64,000 nt of DNA, from the NCBI RefSeq assembly GCF_964355755.1, contig NC_092670.1, forward strand, positions 22,740,795-22,804,794, given 5' to 3'. The notes beneath the pieces were generated by a model, which saw only the letters and a list, made by a program, of their open reading frames with translations, made no database searches and had not been told where the DNA came from. Numbering within the stretch: position 1 is the first letter of the stretch; the number at the start of each line of letters is the position of its first letter. Below are positions 53,643 to 64,000 of the stretch, piece after piece. The DNA comes from Antedon mediterranea. Its lineage: Eukaryota > Animalia > Echinodermata. The position numbers were made by a program, and so were the translations under genes.

Positions 53643-56600
53643 TTATCATTTTTTATTTTGAATGATATTTTGAAGTTACAATCTGAATTCATCTGTAATT
53701 ATTTCTTATTTCATGCCGTGAAGTGTACCGACTTTTGACAATCAAAAATGTAATTGATAATGATTAAACAATAAGAGACGAACAACGGTAGATGATGAGC
53801 TCCTTAGAAACCGATGCCATTTATTGTCATGGTAACCATAAAAAAAGAATATTTGACGTTGTCGGTATAAAAAAGGTAATATGCTGTAGTTGATGAATAT
53901 TTCTAGACTGGCAATTCACCGCTTTTTATTAGATCACTTTAGTGGCATTCTTATTATTAATTGTTTTAATAAAACATTTTTTTCAAGACTAGTTGGGGGG
54001 GGGGGGGGCGAGGGCGGGTTACACACACAGTCACTGATCATAACTGGGCCCTCTAGGAGACCATTCTTTTACAGTACTTATAAATAAATTACAAATTCTA
54101 AATTAAAATTCTTTGGTCAAAAAATAAATATACAGTAAATAAAACTAAACAAATAAGACAGGTCTAATATTCAATTGAAATTACAAATGGTGAAAATATA
54201 AATATTAGTTGGTAGAATATCAATTATTAATTTTGTAAATTACAATTTTGTGCCGTAGGGCCCCTCTGAAGAGCACTGAGAGGGCTACCCTACTGAAAGA
54301 ATATGGAATACATAAATAAAATATCAAATAATAATTTGCAACACGTAATTGTTTCAATATTGTTTATGTCATAAAGTTGAAAACTGTATGGAGCTATTCC
54401 AGTTGGTTATCATACCCACCAAAGGCTATTCCAATTAGTTGCTTACCCCCTGTGGTTATATTCCCACCTGCAAAAACATGAATCTGTCCATACTCAGCAT
54501 GAAAGCTAGGTTAAGGGCGGACATTTTCGATCAGATTTCATGTGAACGCTTAATTTTATCGGTATGGGTGTAATTGGAATTTTAAGGCATGCCAGTTTTG
54601 TTTTCGTTTGGTTTCATATTTACATTTTGTCAATTTCATTCTGTTTACTTCGTGCACTAACATTACTATTTATAGACTTGATAATGGATGTTAACAGTAA
54701 TAATAATAATTGTATTTTTCCTGTTTGTAACAGAGGCACCATTTCCTTAATAATAAAAAACGAACCGTACCGTATCATAATCTTATTTTATAAGATACAG
54801 TAGTTATATTAATAATATTTACTCAACAAAGTGTAGAATACATTGAAATTAACTTTAAAAATATGTCAATAACTTCATTCCAAAATACAATTAATGCAAC
54901 ATTTAAACTAAGTTTTCTTTTCTAAAACTGATTTCTATTTTTAATGTATATTTTCTCTATTTATTATTTTGATTATTGTTTGTCTTTAATTTATTATGTT
55001 TGTTATGATATTTCCAGTTACTGTACCCATGGAGTATTCTTTACTCCACATCATGTGGATCAAACACTTATGGAAACATACTCCCATAATGCAGCTAGTA
55101 ATCTGCGCAAAGTTGTGTCTTGATCTAACCAGGTTTCCATTTATATTCTTTACTTTAACACTTTGGAAATCAGTGCACTAGTATTGAAAGTGCCTGCAAA
55201 ATCAAGAAAGAATAATAAATAAATAAATAAATACATTTTTAAAAACCCCAATATATATATATTAAAATTATAATTTGTATCTGATTATTTTCATCATGAT
55301 TAGCCTGACAGCCAATGCAATGGCAGAACCAGCGTGTATTTTCTATACCTTAAATTGTTACTAATATTTTTTTAAGTTATTTGTAATTCATCAAAACGAA
55401 CCTAGTTTTTTAAACCTATGTAAATACTCCTATGATAAAAATGGAAGAACCTTAAAGGCGGTGGTATAGCTTACATATGATGTCATAGATACGCCTCCGT
55501 GTGATCTATTGAAACATAATTATTCAAAAATTGAGTCCTGTGAAGATTTGACCTTGTTGTTCTCATCTCCTTCCAGCTACTTTACTCTACTCCATCCTCA
55601 TTGTTGCTCTTCACATTGTTTCCTTGAGTTGAGATTTGGTTTTAAAAACGTAATCATTACTGTTATTTGTATTTGTATTGTACTATATGACAAATTATGC
55701 AGATTCAGATTAATGATTAAAGGTAAATGGCACACATTCCTGTCATAACTATACTTGTATTATATCATCCTTTATTTCAAATAAAAAACATAAGAATGCA
55801 AACATCCCAGGTCACAGGTTGGAAGACCAAGCATATGCATGGTAAACAAGACAACAAATACAAAACACTTAAAAAAAGAAGGTAAAAATAGTAGAAAACG
55901 CATCCAAAAAATGCGTGAAATTCAGATTGTTATAAAAAAAAAACAAATTACAGTTAAAAATGACATTATGAGTGAACAAAAATGAAACGCCAAATAACTT
56001 AATACAATTTTTTGCTCTGGGTGGAAGGTACTCATGTAGCCACAATATAATATTTCACTTTTTAGTATAGCTCTTTTTTTCATAGAAATATTTCAGCTTT
56101 CTTAATCGGTTGTAAATGGTTTGGCAATTTCAAATGTTTTATAAAGTTCCTTCTTGTATGCGAGGATGCGAAGATTTTCAGTTGATTACTACTGAGAATT
56201 TGATCAAGGATTTGACGCAATTCAGCTGTTATCACATGACCTATATTTCAACACTTAAGAAATACTTTTGTACACTACTATTATATTCTGTTGTTGTTAA
56301 TTTAAACGCTAAGAACTTGAAATTGAATCACATCTACAGATACTTATGTGTAGAAGCTATTAAATCTGAAATGTAAAAGCATATTTTAAATTGCTTAGTT
56401 CCGTAACATTTAATGGGAAATTTAATGAAACATTGCATTTTGAAGGAATTTGTTGCCCTACACAAGTTGATGTACCATGTGAATTTCTTTCATTTCATTT
56501 TTTTAAATTCAATTCTCGTTTATTAAAAAGAAGTTCCATTGCAGAAAAATCTGAATTGCGCCAAATTTACATACTAATAAAAAAAGTATATAAATACTGT

Positions 56601-57852
56601 ATAACATTTTTCTTAAATTTTGTATAGATAACTGTACTCAACAACTTATTGTTTATCTGTATATTCCAAACTATTAATTATAATTATATTGGTTTTATAA
56701 CATACCTATTCATAAAATTCATTCAATTAATTCACTGATTTTAGGTTGAATGAACTAGACAGCTACGGTAGGTGGGAAGCTACAGTATGTTATTGAAAAG
56801 GCAACTCTCAAATTTTGGCCGCAAAGTAGAAACATGTTGGTTTTCGAAAGTGCAACAGTCAGAAAATTCTCAAAATGCTTACAAAAAGCTGAACCTACAG
56901 CAGAACCATTTAATAGAATCATTAAATAGAACATTTACTGTGCGATATAATTATTACACAATGGCACATGATATGAAATTAACCAATCAGATAAGGATAC
57001 AATGAGTTGTGTTTTAATATACAGTATACAGTACATTTTTATTTAAAATATAATGTTAAAATAAATGTGTGAAATTTGAAAAGCTCTCTTTGCAATACTA
57101 ATATTATACTAATACAATTTTGCAATGAAAATTGGGTTTTCTCATACAAAATGTAGAACTAATTATTTTTTTAAGTCTAGCTATTTAGAGTGTGGGAATG
57201 TAAATATAGAAACACAGTATATTCTCTATTCCATAGGTATTAAAAAATAATATGGTATTTGAATTCTATTAATTAAAATGATTAATTTCCAATTTAAGTG
57301 CTAATTAAAATGAATTTGTAAGTGTGAAAAATTGAAGGGCTGTATAATCAACTATTAATTATTTATTATCAACACTTTTTTGGTTTCTGTATCATAACTA
57401 GAATATGGTATTTGTTACAATTTTTGTTCCAAGGCACAATTAAATGAATTAATAAGACACATAATATAGACTAACATATACAATAAGTAGCTGATTCATC
57501 GTACTGTCTATGGTATCTATATTATAGTATATTGTTAATATTGTATATATATAAATCATACTGTAAGTTATAGAAACAGTGCTCATATTCGGAACATGAT
57601 CTCATAATCACGTTGAGCATAGCTCATTGGCGAAAGTTCTGTATTTTTTAGTTGGATGAAAAAATGTCTTTATTATATATGAATTCTGTAATACAGCGTC
57701 ACACATGTATCACATGTGATATATTTATAGTAGGCCATATGCATGTAGCCATAGCCTTAACATTAATATTCAGGTGCCACACTATATGTATTGCAGAATT
57801 TGCCTGTAATAATGGGCAGTGCCACATGTGATGCATATACTGTATAAGACTG

Positions 57853-58032
57853 TATCAAATCTTTATGTGACAAAAAAATGTGATGTGCCCATATATAATA
57901 CTATACTGTACTTTACTTTATTGCCAACCAAATCAACATAAACAATTATCATTGACAAAAGGTGATAAGATGATGATGTCATATCACTATCATATTTGGG
58001 CATATCGCTACCATATTTGGGCACATCAAACT
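57853..58032 (-). mobile_element. Harbinger-like MITE interrupted by ~70 bp of unrelated sequence
   Basis: TTTATGTGACAAAAAAATGTGATGTGCCCATATAT [insert] GATGATGTCATATCACTATCATATTTGGGCAT. Confidence 0.7.
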
Positions 58033-58437
58033 TTCCAGCTACTTGAAGTTTAGGCTTTCGATACCTCCATGCAGTATTGTGTGTGAGAAAGTCTTACATA
58101 AACTTATTAGAAGATATAAAAGTGAATGAGAAATAAACATACTTCATCGTGACACAATGCACTTCTTTATAGTTCAGTTCTATGAGGTTGAAAAGTATGA
58201 TGAAGACTATAAAACAAGAAAGTCTTTTTAATAAGGGTGAAGTAGGTAATAAAACTAAACCATCTTGGTGAAGAAGACAGTCAAATTTTATTTGTAAAAT
58301 TGGGACTGTGTTTGCTAGAGTATGATGTCTTGCCTTGTCAGGGAGAGGTTGTAAGATCGAATCCTGTCAGAAGAATTTATCACACAATCCATTTATGGGA
58401 GACTGTATCCGTTGTGAGATATGTGGAAACATTATAA

Positions 58438-58601
58438 AGCTATGTCTACACTACCAAACTAGTTTGACAGAAAAGTGTGATGTGCCCAAAAATGGTAGTG
58501 ATAGGCCAAAAGATGGTAGTAATATGTATCATCATATATATCATCGTGTCCATATAATGGGCACATCACATTTTTTTGTCACATAAAGTTTGATAGTGTA
58601 G
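58438..58601 (+). mobile_element. Harbinger-like MITE copy
   Basis: TAA|AGCTATGTCTACACTACCAAAC ... AAGTTTGATAGTGTAG. Confidence 0.85.
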
Positions 58602-59437
58602 TTGTACGTCCCACATAATCCATGATGCCCCATTTAAAATGACTGACACAGCAAACAAAATAAAGATGCCTCTTGCCTCAAATCACCTTATAATAACTTA
58701 ACACATTACATCTGCATCACAGCTGCTATAACAAAAGTTACAGACAAAAAATAGGATAAACGGTACACAGACTTGATCGTGTACAAGTACACCATAGCTA
58801 TGGTAATGATATACGTGAGACGAGAAGTAAACTTGGCGAAATTCATAGAACATAATTAGAAAAAAAATAACGGAACTTTATAAAAAGTATAGTAAAACAT
58901 GTTTGCCCTAACAATAACATTTGAGTCTATTTAAAATGTTACTTTCCGTAGAGTGTAAATAGTCATCCATTTATTTGTCTAATAGTGTTTATCATTGATT
59001 ATAAGCCTATGTATCATTTTAGGACATTGAATGAATTTAATTCATGTGTAGTACAAACCTTATTTTACTACAGAGTTTCTTGCAAACTGTTAAACAATAT
59101 TGTATGTGTTACTAGTTACGGTGCCAGAATGCCTGGGTGCACAGATATTTATACCTACTAAAATATCACCATTTGTAATAATAGCTGCACAATCGTATCC
59201 ATTCGTTTTCTGCTTCTTCTTCTGATCGTTTATTCGTCATAACATACTTTCACTTTTTTGTTGGTTTGCAGCAGGATAACCGATATAGATCCATCTGTTG
59301 CTATGACATCTCGTAACTGAGCAGCGTCACTTGTTGACCTCTTGTAATTGAAGCTGCCGTTCTCATTGGTAAGAATTGTTTTTCTTTCATCGTTTCATCT
59401 ATTCATTCAGTTTTCTTTTCCTTTTCCTTTTCAATCT

Positions 59438-59770
59438 TATTTATAGAGGGTGACCCTAAACAGCGTATGTTGACAATCAAAGAGCCCTCATGATGAGTTA
59501 TGATAACTTTCTGTGATTGACACTGACAGTGGCGGTGTGCATACTAGTACACCCCCTACTCGTCTCGAAAGATGTACTAGTTTCTTTAAAGTGCACATGA
59601 GCTAGATGTGTACGCTGGACCTATGGTACCGATTATAGTCCTTATCCAAGAAGACATGTTCTACCACCAGAACCATGGAGCGAGTGAGCCTCAAACCCTT
59701 GCTGATGTTATGGCTAGGTATTATGATTCCACTGTCTCATTTAAAATGTTGGATCGGCTTGGCCACTCAC
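59438..59770 (-). mobile_element. tRNA-headed Deu/Nin-domain SINE
   Basis: Reverse strand: A-box-like TGGCCAAG, B-box-like GGTTTGAGGCT, then GTCTTCTTGGATAAGGACTATAA..TAGGTCC..GTGCACTTTAAAGAA..GAGTAGGGGG, tail ending ATAAATAAG. Confidence 0.65.
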
Positions 59771-59833
59771 TTGCTCATCTGCAGTACAATCTTGCAGGAA
59801 CAGATGTATACAATAAAAGTACACCCATTTGGT

Positions 59834-60276
59834 GTTACCGTACCTTCTCATAGCATAAGGGTACGTTCATACAATCAGTATTTGACTGTTGTTAACCGCA
59901 GAAGTGTTCCATCCACTTCTCTTCCATTTTCTTGTGTTATTTTCTGAAACGAATTATAAATATCTACCATGATTTGATATCTAGTTACCGTACCTCTCTC
60001 ATAGCATAAGGGTATGTTCATACAATCAGCATTTGACTGTTGTTAAACTCAGAAATGTTCCATCCACTTCTCTTTCATTTTCTCGTGTTATTTCCTGAAA
60101 CGAATTATAAATATCTACCATGATTTGATATCTAGTTACCGTACCTCTCTCATAGCATAAGGGTACGTTCATACAATCAGTATTTGACTATTGTTAAACT
60201 CAGAAATGTTCCATCCACTTCTCTTTCATTTTCTCGTGTTATTTCCTGAAACGAATTATAAATATCTAACATGATT
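59834..60276. repeat. Tandem triplication of a ~151-bp unit
   Basis: GTTACCGTACC..CATAGCATAAGGGTA..GAATTATAAATATCTACCATGAT x3; copies 2 and 3 are closer to each other than to copy 1. Confidence 0.95.
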
Positions 60277-60892
60277 GATTGTACACCATTATTTTAAAAT
60301 TGAACAGGAAAACAAGTTTGCAGTAAAACTCTGTCCATATATCTAACTGACCATTATTTAAGTCATAAATTTGCGGTAATAGAAGTCAAGATAGATAAGT
60401 TCCGTTGATGAATCGTTAGTTTTGTATTGAATTGCGTCTTCAAGGAAAATCAAAACCGAATTGAAGGAATAAAAGATGATTATTTGTGACATTATAATAT
60501 TGCTCGCTTCTTTGCGAATAATTAAACGTTGGCTTTCATTAATAATTGTTGAAAGCTAATACTTAAAAATATGGCTTATGTACATAAATTGTCAATTTTA
60601 TTTTATGATTGTTTTTACATATTTGGATTTTTCAAAATGTAATATCGCATTAAATGTATAGAAGTGAATATGAATTGCGCAAGATGTCTTGTCTCCTCTT
60701 TTAGATTCAGTTTATGTATAGCATCTTTTTGTAGTTGTGCTTGTCTTGCGAGGGAAACTACACTTTTAAAAAATAATCTTGGATGTTGATGATAATTGAT
60801 ATGGAATTTTATCAAATGTTTTATATTGCCTTTTTATGTGTTTTCATAACTGTTTTAATTTTGTATGCAAGAAATCCATCATAATTTTCACT

Positions 60893-61123
60893 TGTTATCT
60901 TAGGGATTTAAAACTGGAGATCTAGTTGTACACATCTGGCTTGTGTGCACTTTAAAGAACCCAGTGAATCTTTTGAAGGGGTTACTCGGTGTACCAGACA
61001 TTTTTTTCCCTCTGACGAATAAGCATTTGGTGGCAAGTAAACGCCCAGTAATATGGTGTTGACTGCATTAGCACGTTGGGAATCGCTTTGTTAAAAACAC
61101 TATATAAGTCATTTATTGTTATT
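60893..61123 (+). mobile_element. Diverged Deu/Nin-domain SINE with an L2-like tail
   Basis: GTACACATCTGGCTTGTGTGCACTTTAAAGAACCCAG..GGGGTTACTCGGTGT, then ..AAAACACTATATAAGT..TTATTGTTATTA. Confidence 0.55.
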
Positions 61124-63273
61124 AGCACCACATAACAACAATAATAACAAATAAACAACAATAAGTTGCATCAATATGTATGGCACAGACATAGTTAGCA
61201 GTGAATTTTTTTCGAATAAAAATCATGTATTTTTTCGTTCACATACACTTGATATATAGCTACAAATGAAGGCCTAAGGGAATAACGCAGCCAAAGATTT
61301 GACTTCATTTCACTGCCCTTGACATCAATTTGAACATTATTAAAATATCGCAGCGAAGACTACAAGCAGAACGCACATGAGAAGGCATCTATCTTTATCC
61401 AACCTACATTCACTGACAACTCCACAACTTTTGACTCCAGTTTATTTCGACTTAATTTCTCTATTTTACAATCGATCATCTTTTTTTCCCCTTTAAGCTG
61501 AGAATTACTAACTCCGTGAATGATTTCTCTAGAGTTTCCACTGATTAACGGCAACAAATGTTGTATTTGAATATAGGTTATAATATAATGGCATTTTCAA
61601 ACAAATTTTTGATTCTGAGAAAAAAACAAATAAGTTGATATACCTTAGTTGCCAATTAAATTCATCATCTACTTATTATACTTGATCACCAAAATACATA
61701 AATCATATTTAATAAATGTTATTTTAAATAGCTAAAATTTCTTGAAAATGATCAAATAGATGAAACATTGATTTGTCAATAAGTATTCTGTCGCTTTATT
61801 TACAAGTAACCCTTGTTTTACTTTATCTTAAATTGTTAAGTCAATGTATCTTAAGACAATTTCTTTCTGCAAAGAAAATAAACTTCTTTTTTTATTGGGA
61901 CATTTGGACATAATTTTTCCTTCTTTTACTTTTTATCTGAAATTATTTAGTGGATCTTCTGGAAAAAGTCAGTAAATGTTGTTTTTATTTCGCAAAAATT
62001 TTCTTTACAAGCATTTTTCTCGTCCGGATCATTTGGACTTACATTTTCTATTTTACTATTTATCTTCCTCTTTCTCTTGGATTACTGCTTCGTATCACAT
62101 GAATGATTATCAGATATTTTCAAGCACTGGATTACATTTTTATCCTATTTTATGATGTTCTACTGACGTCTGATGAATTTAATTTTTTTCATAAATATAA
62201 TATTTTAATGCATCTGACATTCTGTTTTGTTATTAATAGGTAAATTGATTTGATATTCAATTTATCAATATGGTTAAAATCCACTGGATTTTATCGGATA
62301 TCATAATTTTATCAAGATGTATTTAGAAGAAAAATATAGTTGACACAAAATATTAAACTTTTTATTACATTTTGTTTTCTTTCCTTGGCAGTTAAAATGC
62401 TTAGTTTTTTCAGAAAGTATCTTTTTTACCAATTTATTGTTGCGTTGTATTCTGGTCTACCAATCTTAATAAATAGTGAGTGTGTACAATTATATTGCTT
62501 TTTGTTCAAAGTATTTAACATAGCTGAAAAAAGTTAAACATAAATAGTTCTTTGGTGTTTGTGAGAAACTGTATTAATTTAGTTAGCTTAATTCTGTTTA
62601 TGTTCAAAATTCTGTGAAAACTTAAATTTCTATTATATATAAGAGCATTACCTACTAATTTACATGTTTTTAAAAAGAATAGTATTGAAGCCATTTTTTG
62701 TTTGCTATAATTTTAGCCAATTTTAACCATATAGTTGCATAAGAACCATGGCAGGCACAGGGTTCTGTTTTAAAATCCTGGATACACCACTAACTTTTGT
62801 CCAGTTTTTGTTAGTTGTATTTGAATGTCTCATTCATTAAAAAAAATTATAGGTAACAACTAACAAAAAACAAACTTGAATGAAACCTTGAATAGGTATT
62901 ATTACTTAGAAGGTTAAGTGTTAGAGAATAGCTTTTATATTGAACAATCATTTATGGCTGAATTACATTTATGTTCAGTTCTCAAATTGCGTTATGAAGT
63001 GATCAATCAATTAAGAAATTAATCAATTTTAAAGGTTAACAACATATGCGCTAATAGCACCTAATTGAAATGTTAAATCCTGATCACTTTAATCGTCAAA
63101 ATGCATTTTTTATTTTTATTAATGTTTTATCTTGATTATTATCTAATTTGTTATGAATAAAAGTGAAAAACCAGAGCCTTGCGTCTGCCATGGTTCTTAT
63201 GAAACTAAACTTTGATGTGTGTTTGATATTACTATTAGTTAAGAGAGTTAAACTTTTTTGGGTAAAAATAGCT

Positions 63274-63498
63274 AAAGCTGTGTTCATACACCCTATAGTT
63301 AAGAGTATCCAAAGCTGTGTTCATACACCCTATAGTTAAGAGTATCCAAAGCTGTGTTCATACACCCTATAGTTAAGAGTATCCAAAGCTGTGTTCATAC
63401 ACCCTATAGTTAAGAGTATCCAAAGCTGTGTTCATACACCCTATAGTTAAGAGTATCCAAAGCTGTGTTCATACACCCTATAGTTAAGAGTATCCAAA
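63274..63498. repeat. Perfect tandem array of 6 x 37-bp units
   Basis: AAAGCTGTGTTCATACACCCTATAGTTAAGAGTATCC x6, identical. Confidence 0.97.
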
Positions 63499-64000
63499 TA
63501 ATAAGTGTGATTGTTTAACTTTTTTTTTTATTTAACTCGGATGTATCTCCGATATGACTCGGATGTTTTCCAGATATACTCAGCTGTTCCCCAAATTTCC
63601 CCCAAATATACCAGGGTGTACCTCTGATATGACTCTGATGTATCCTAGGTTTAAGAGGCATATCCGACATAACGTTATTCTGTACTAGACACGTTTGAAT
63701 TCAAAACAAGTTAAACCGAAATATTTAACATAGCGGAAAAAGTATACAAAAATAGGTTTTTTGGTGTTTGTGAGACACTATTAATTTAGGTAGCTTACAG
63801 TAATTTTGTTTTTTTTTTTTAAATTCTGTAAAACCTGTATCCAATTTGTGGAAAACTCAAAAATACAAGGGCATTACATATACTGCAGCATCAAGATTCC
63901 TATGACATTGGCTTCTTGGTCACGTGTCTAAATATGTAAGAAATAAATCATAATTTCTATTAATAAAAGAAATAGAATAGTTATTTGCGAAAAGAAATAT

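Noticed and set aside
35155-58586. Small ORFs sharing KLCLHYQT / CPNMVVI peptides (35155, 39998, 58335; also 16004)
   Set aside because: Translations of the MITE terminal repeat and its 21-bp unit, not a gene family.
61320-62470. Possible decayed transposase or viral ORF on the - strand
   Set aside because: The frames I translated by hand were interrupted by stops and had no identifiable motif; a TBLASTX search would be needed.

Overview
AT-rich animal (probably invertebrate) genomic DNA with GT-AG introns. The first 33 kb hold three intact spliced genes, assembled by hand from splice sites and reading frame. (1) The 3' ~90% of a type I animal fatty acid synthase (FASN-like, + strand, 1-13228; the 5' exons with the KS catalytic Cys are upstream of the window). 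(2) A 20-exon ABCA3-like lipid transporter (- strand, 28999-15664, ~1750 aa), convergent with FASN. (3) A 5-exon SLC25A19-like mitochondrial thiamine pyrophosphate carrier (+ strand, 30461-33230, ~317 aa), head-to-head with the ABCA gene. The remaining ~31 kb has no credible host coding exon and contains repeats: a dense PIF/Harbinger-like MITE family, pogo/Tigger-like MITEs, Deu/Nin-domain SINEs, RTE and L2/CR1 LINE fragments and several tandem arrays. The most unusual observations are a 1.8-kb triplet-phased intronic minisatellite whose antisense strand reads as a 640-aa acidic D/G/N/S protein, a 5S-rRNA-headed SINE, a 16-copy satellite built from the junction of two MITEs, and TAGGCCTA clusters in the first introns on both sides of the divergent promoter. 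I cannot support a clearly novel multi-gene system; a FAS-ABCA-TPP-carrier lipid cluster is a hypothesis only.
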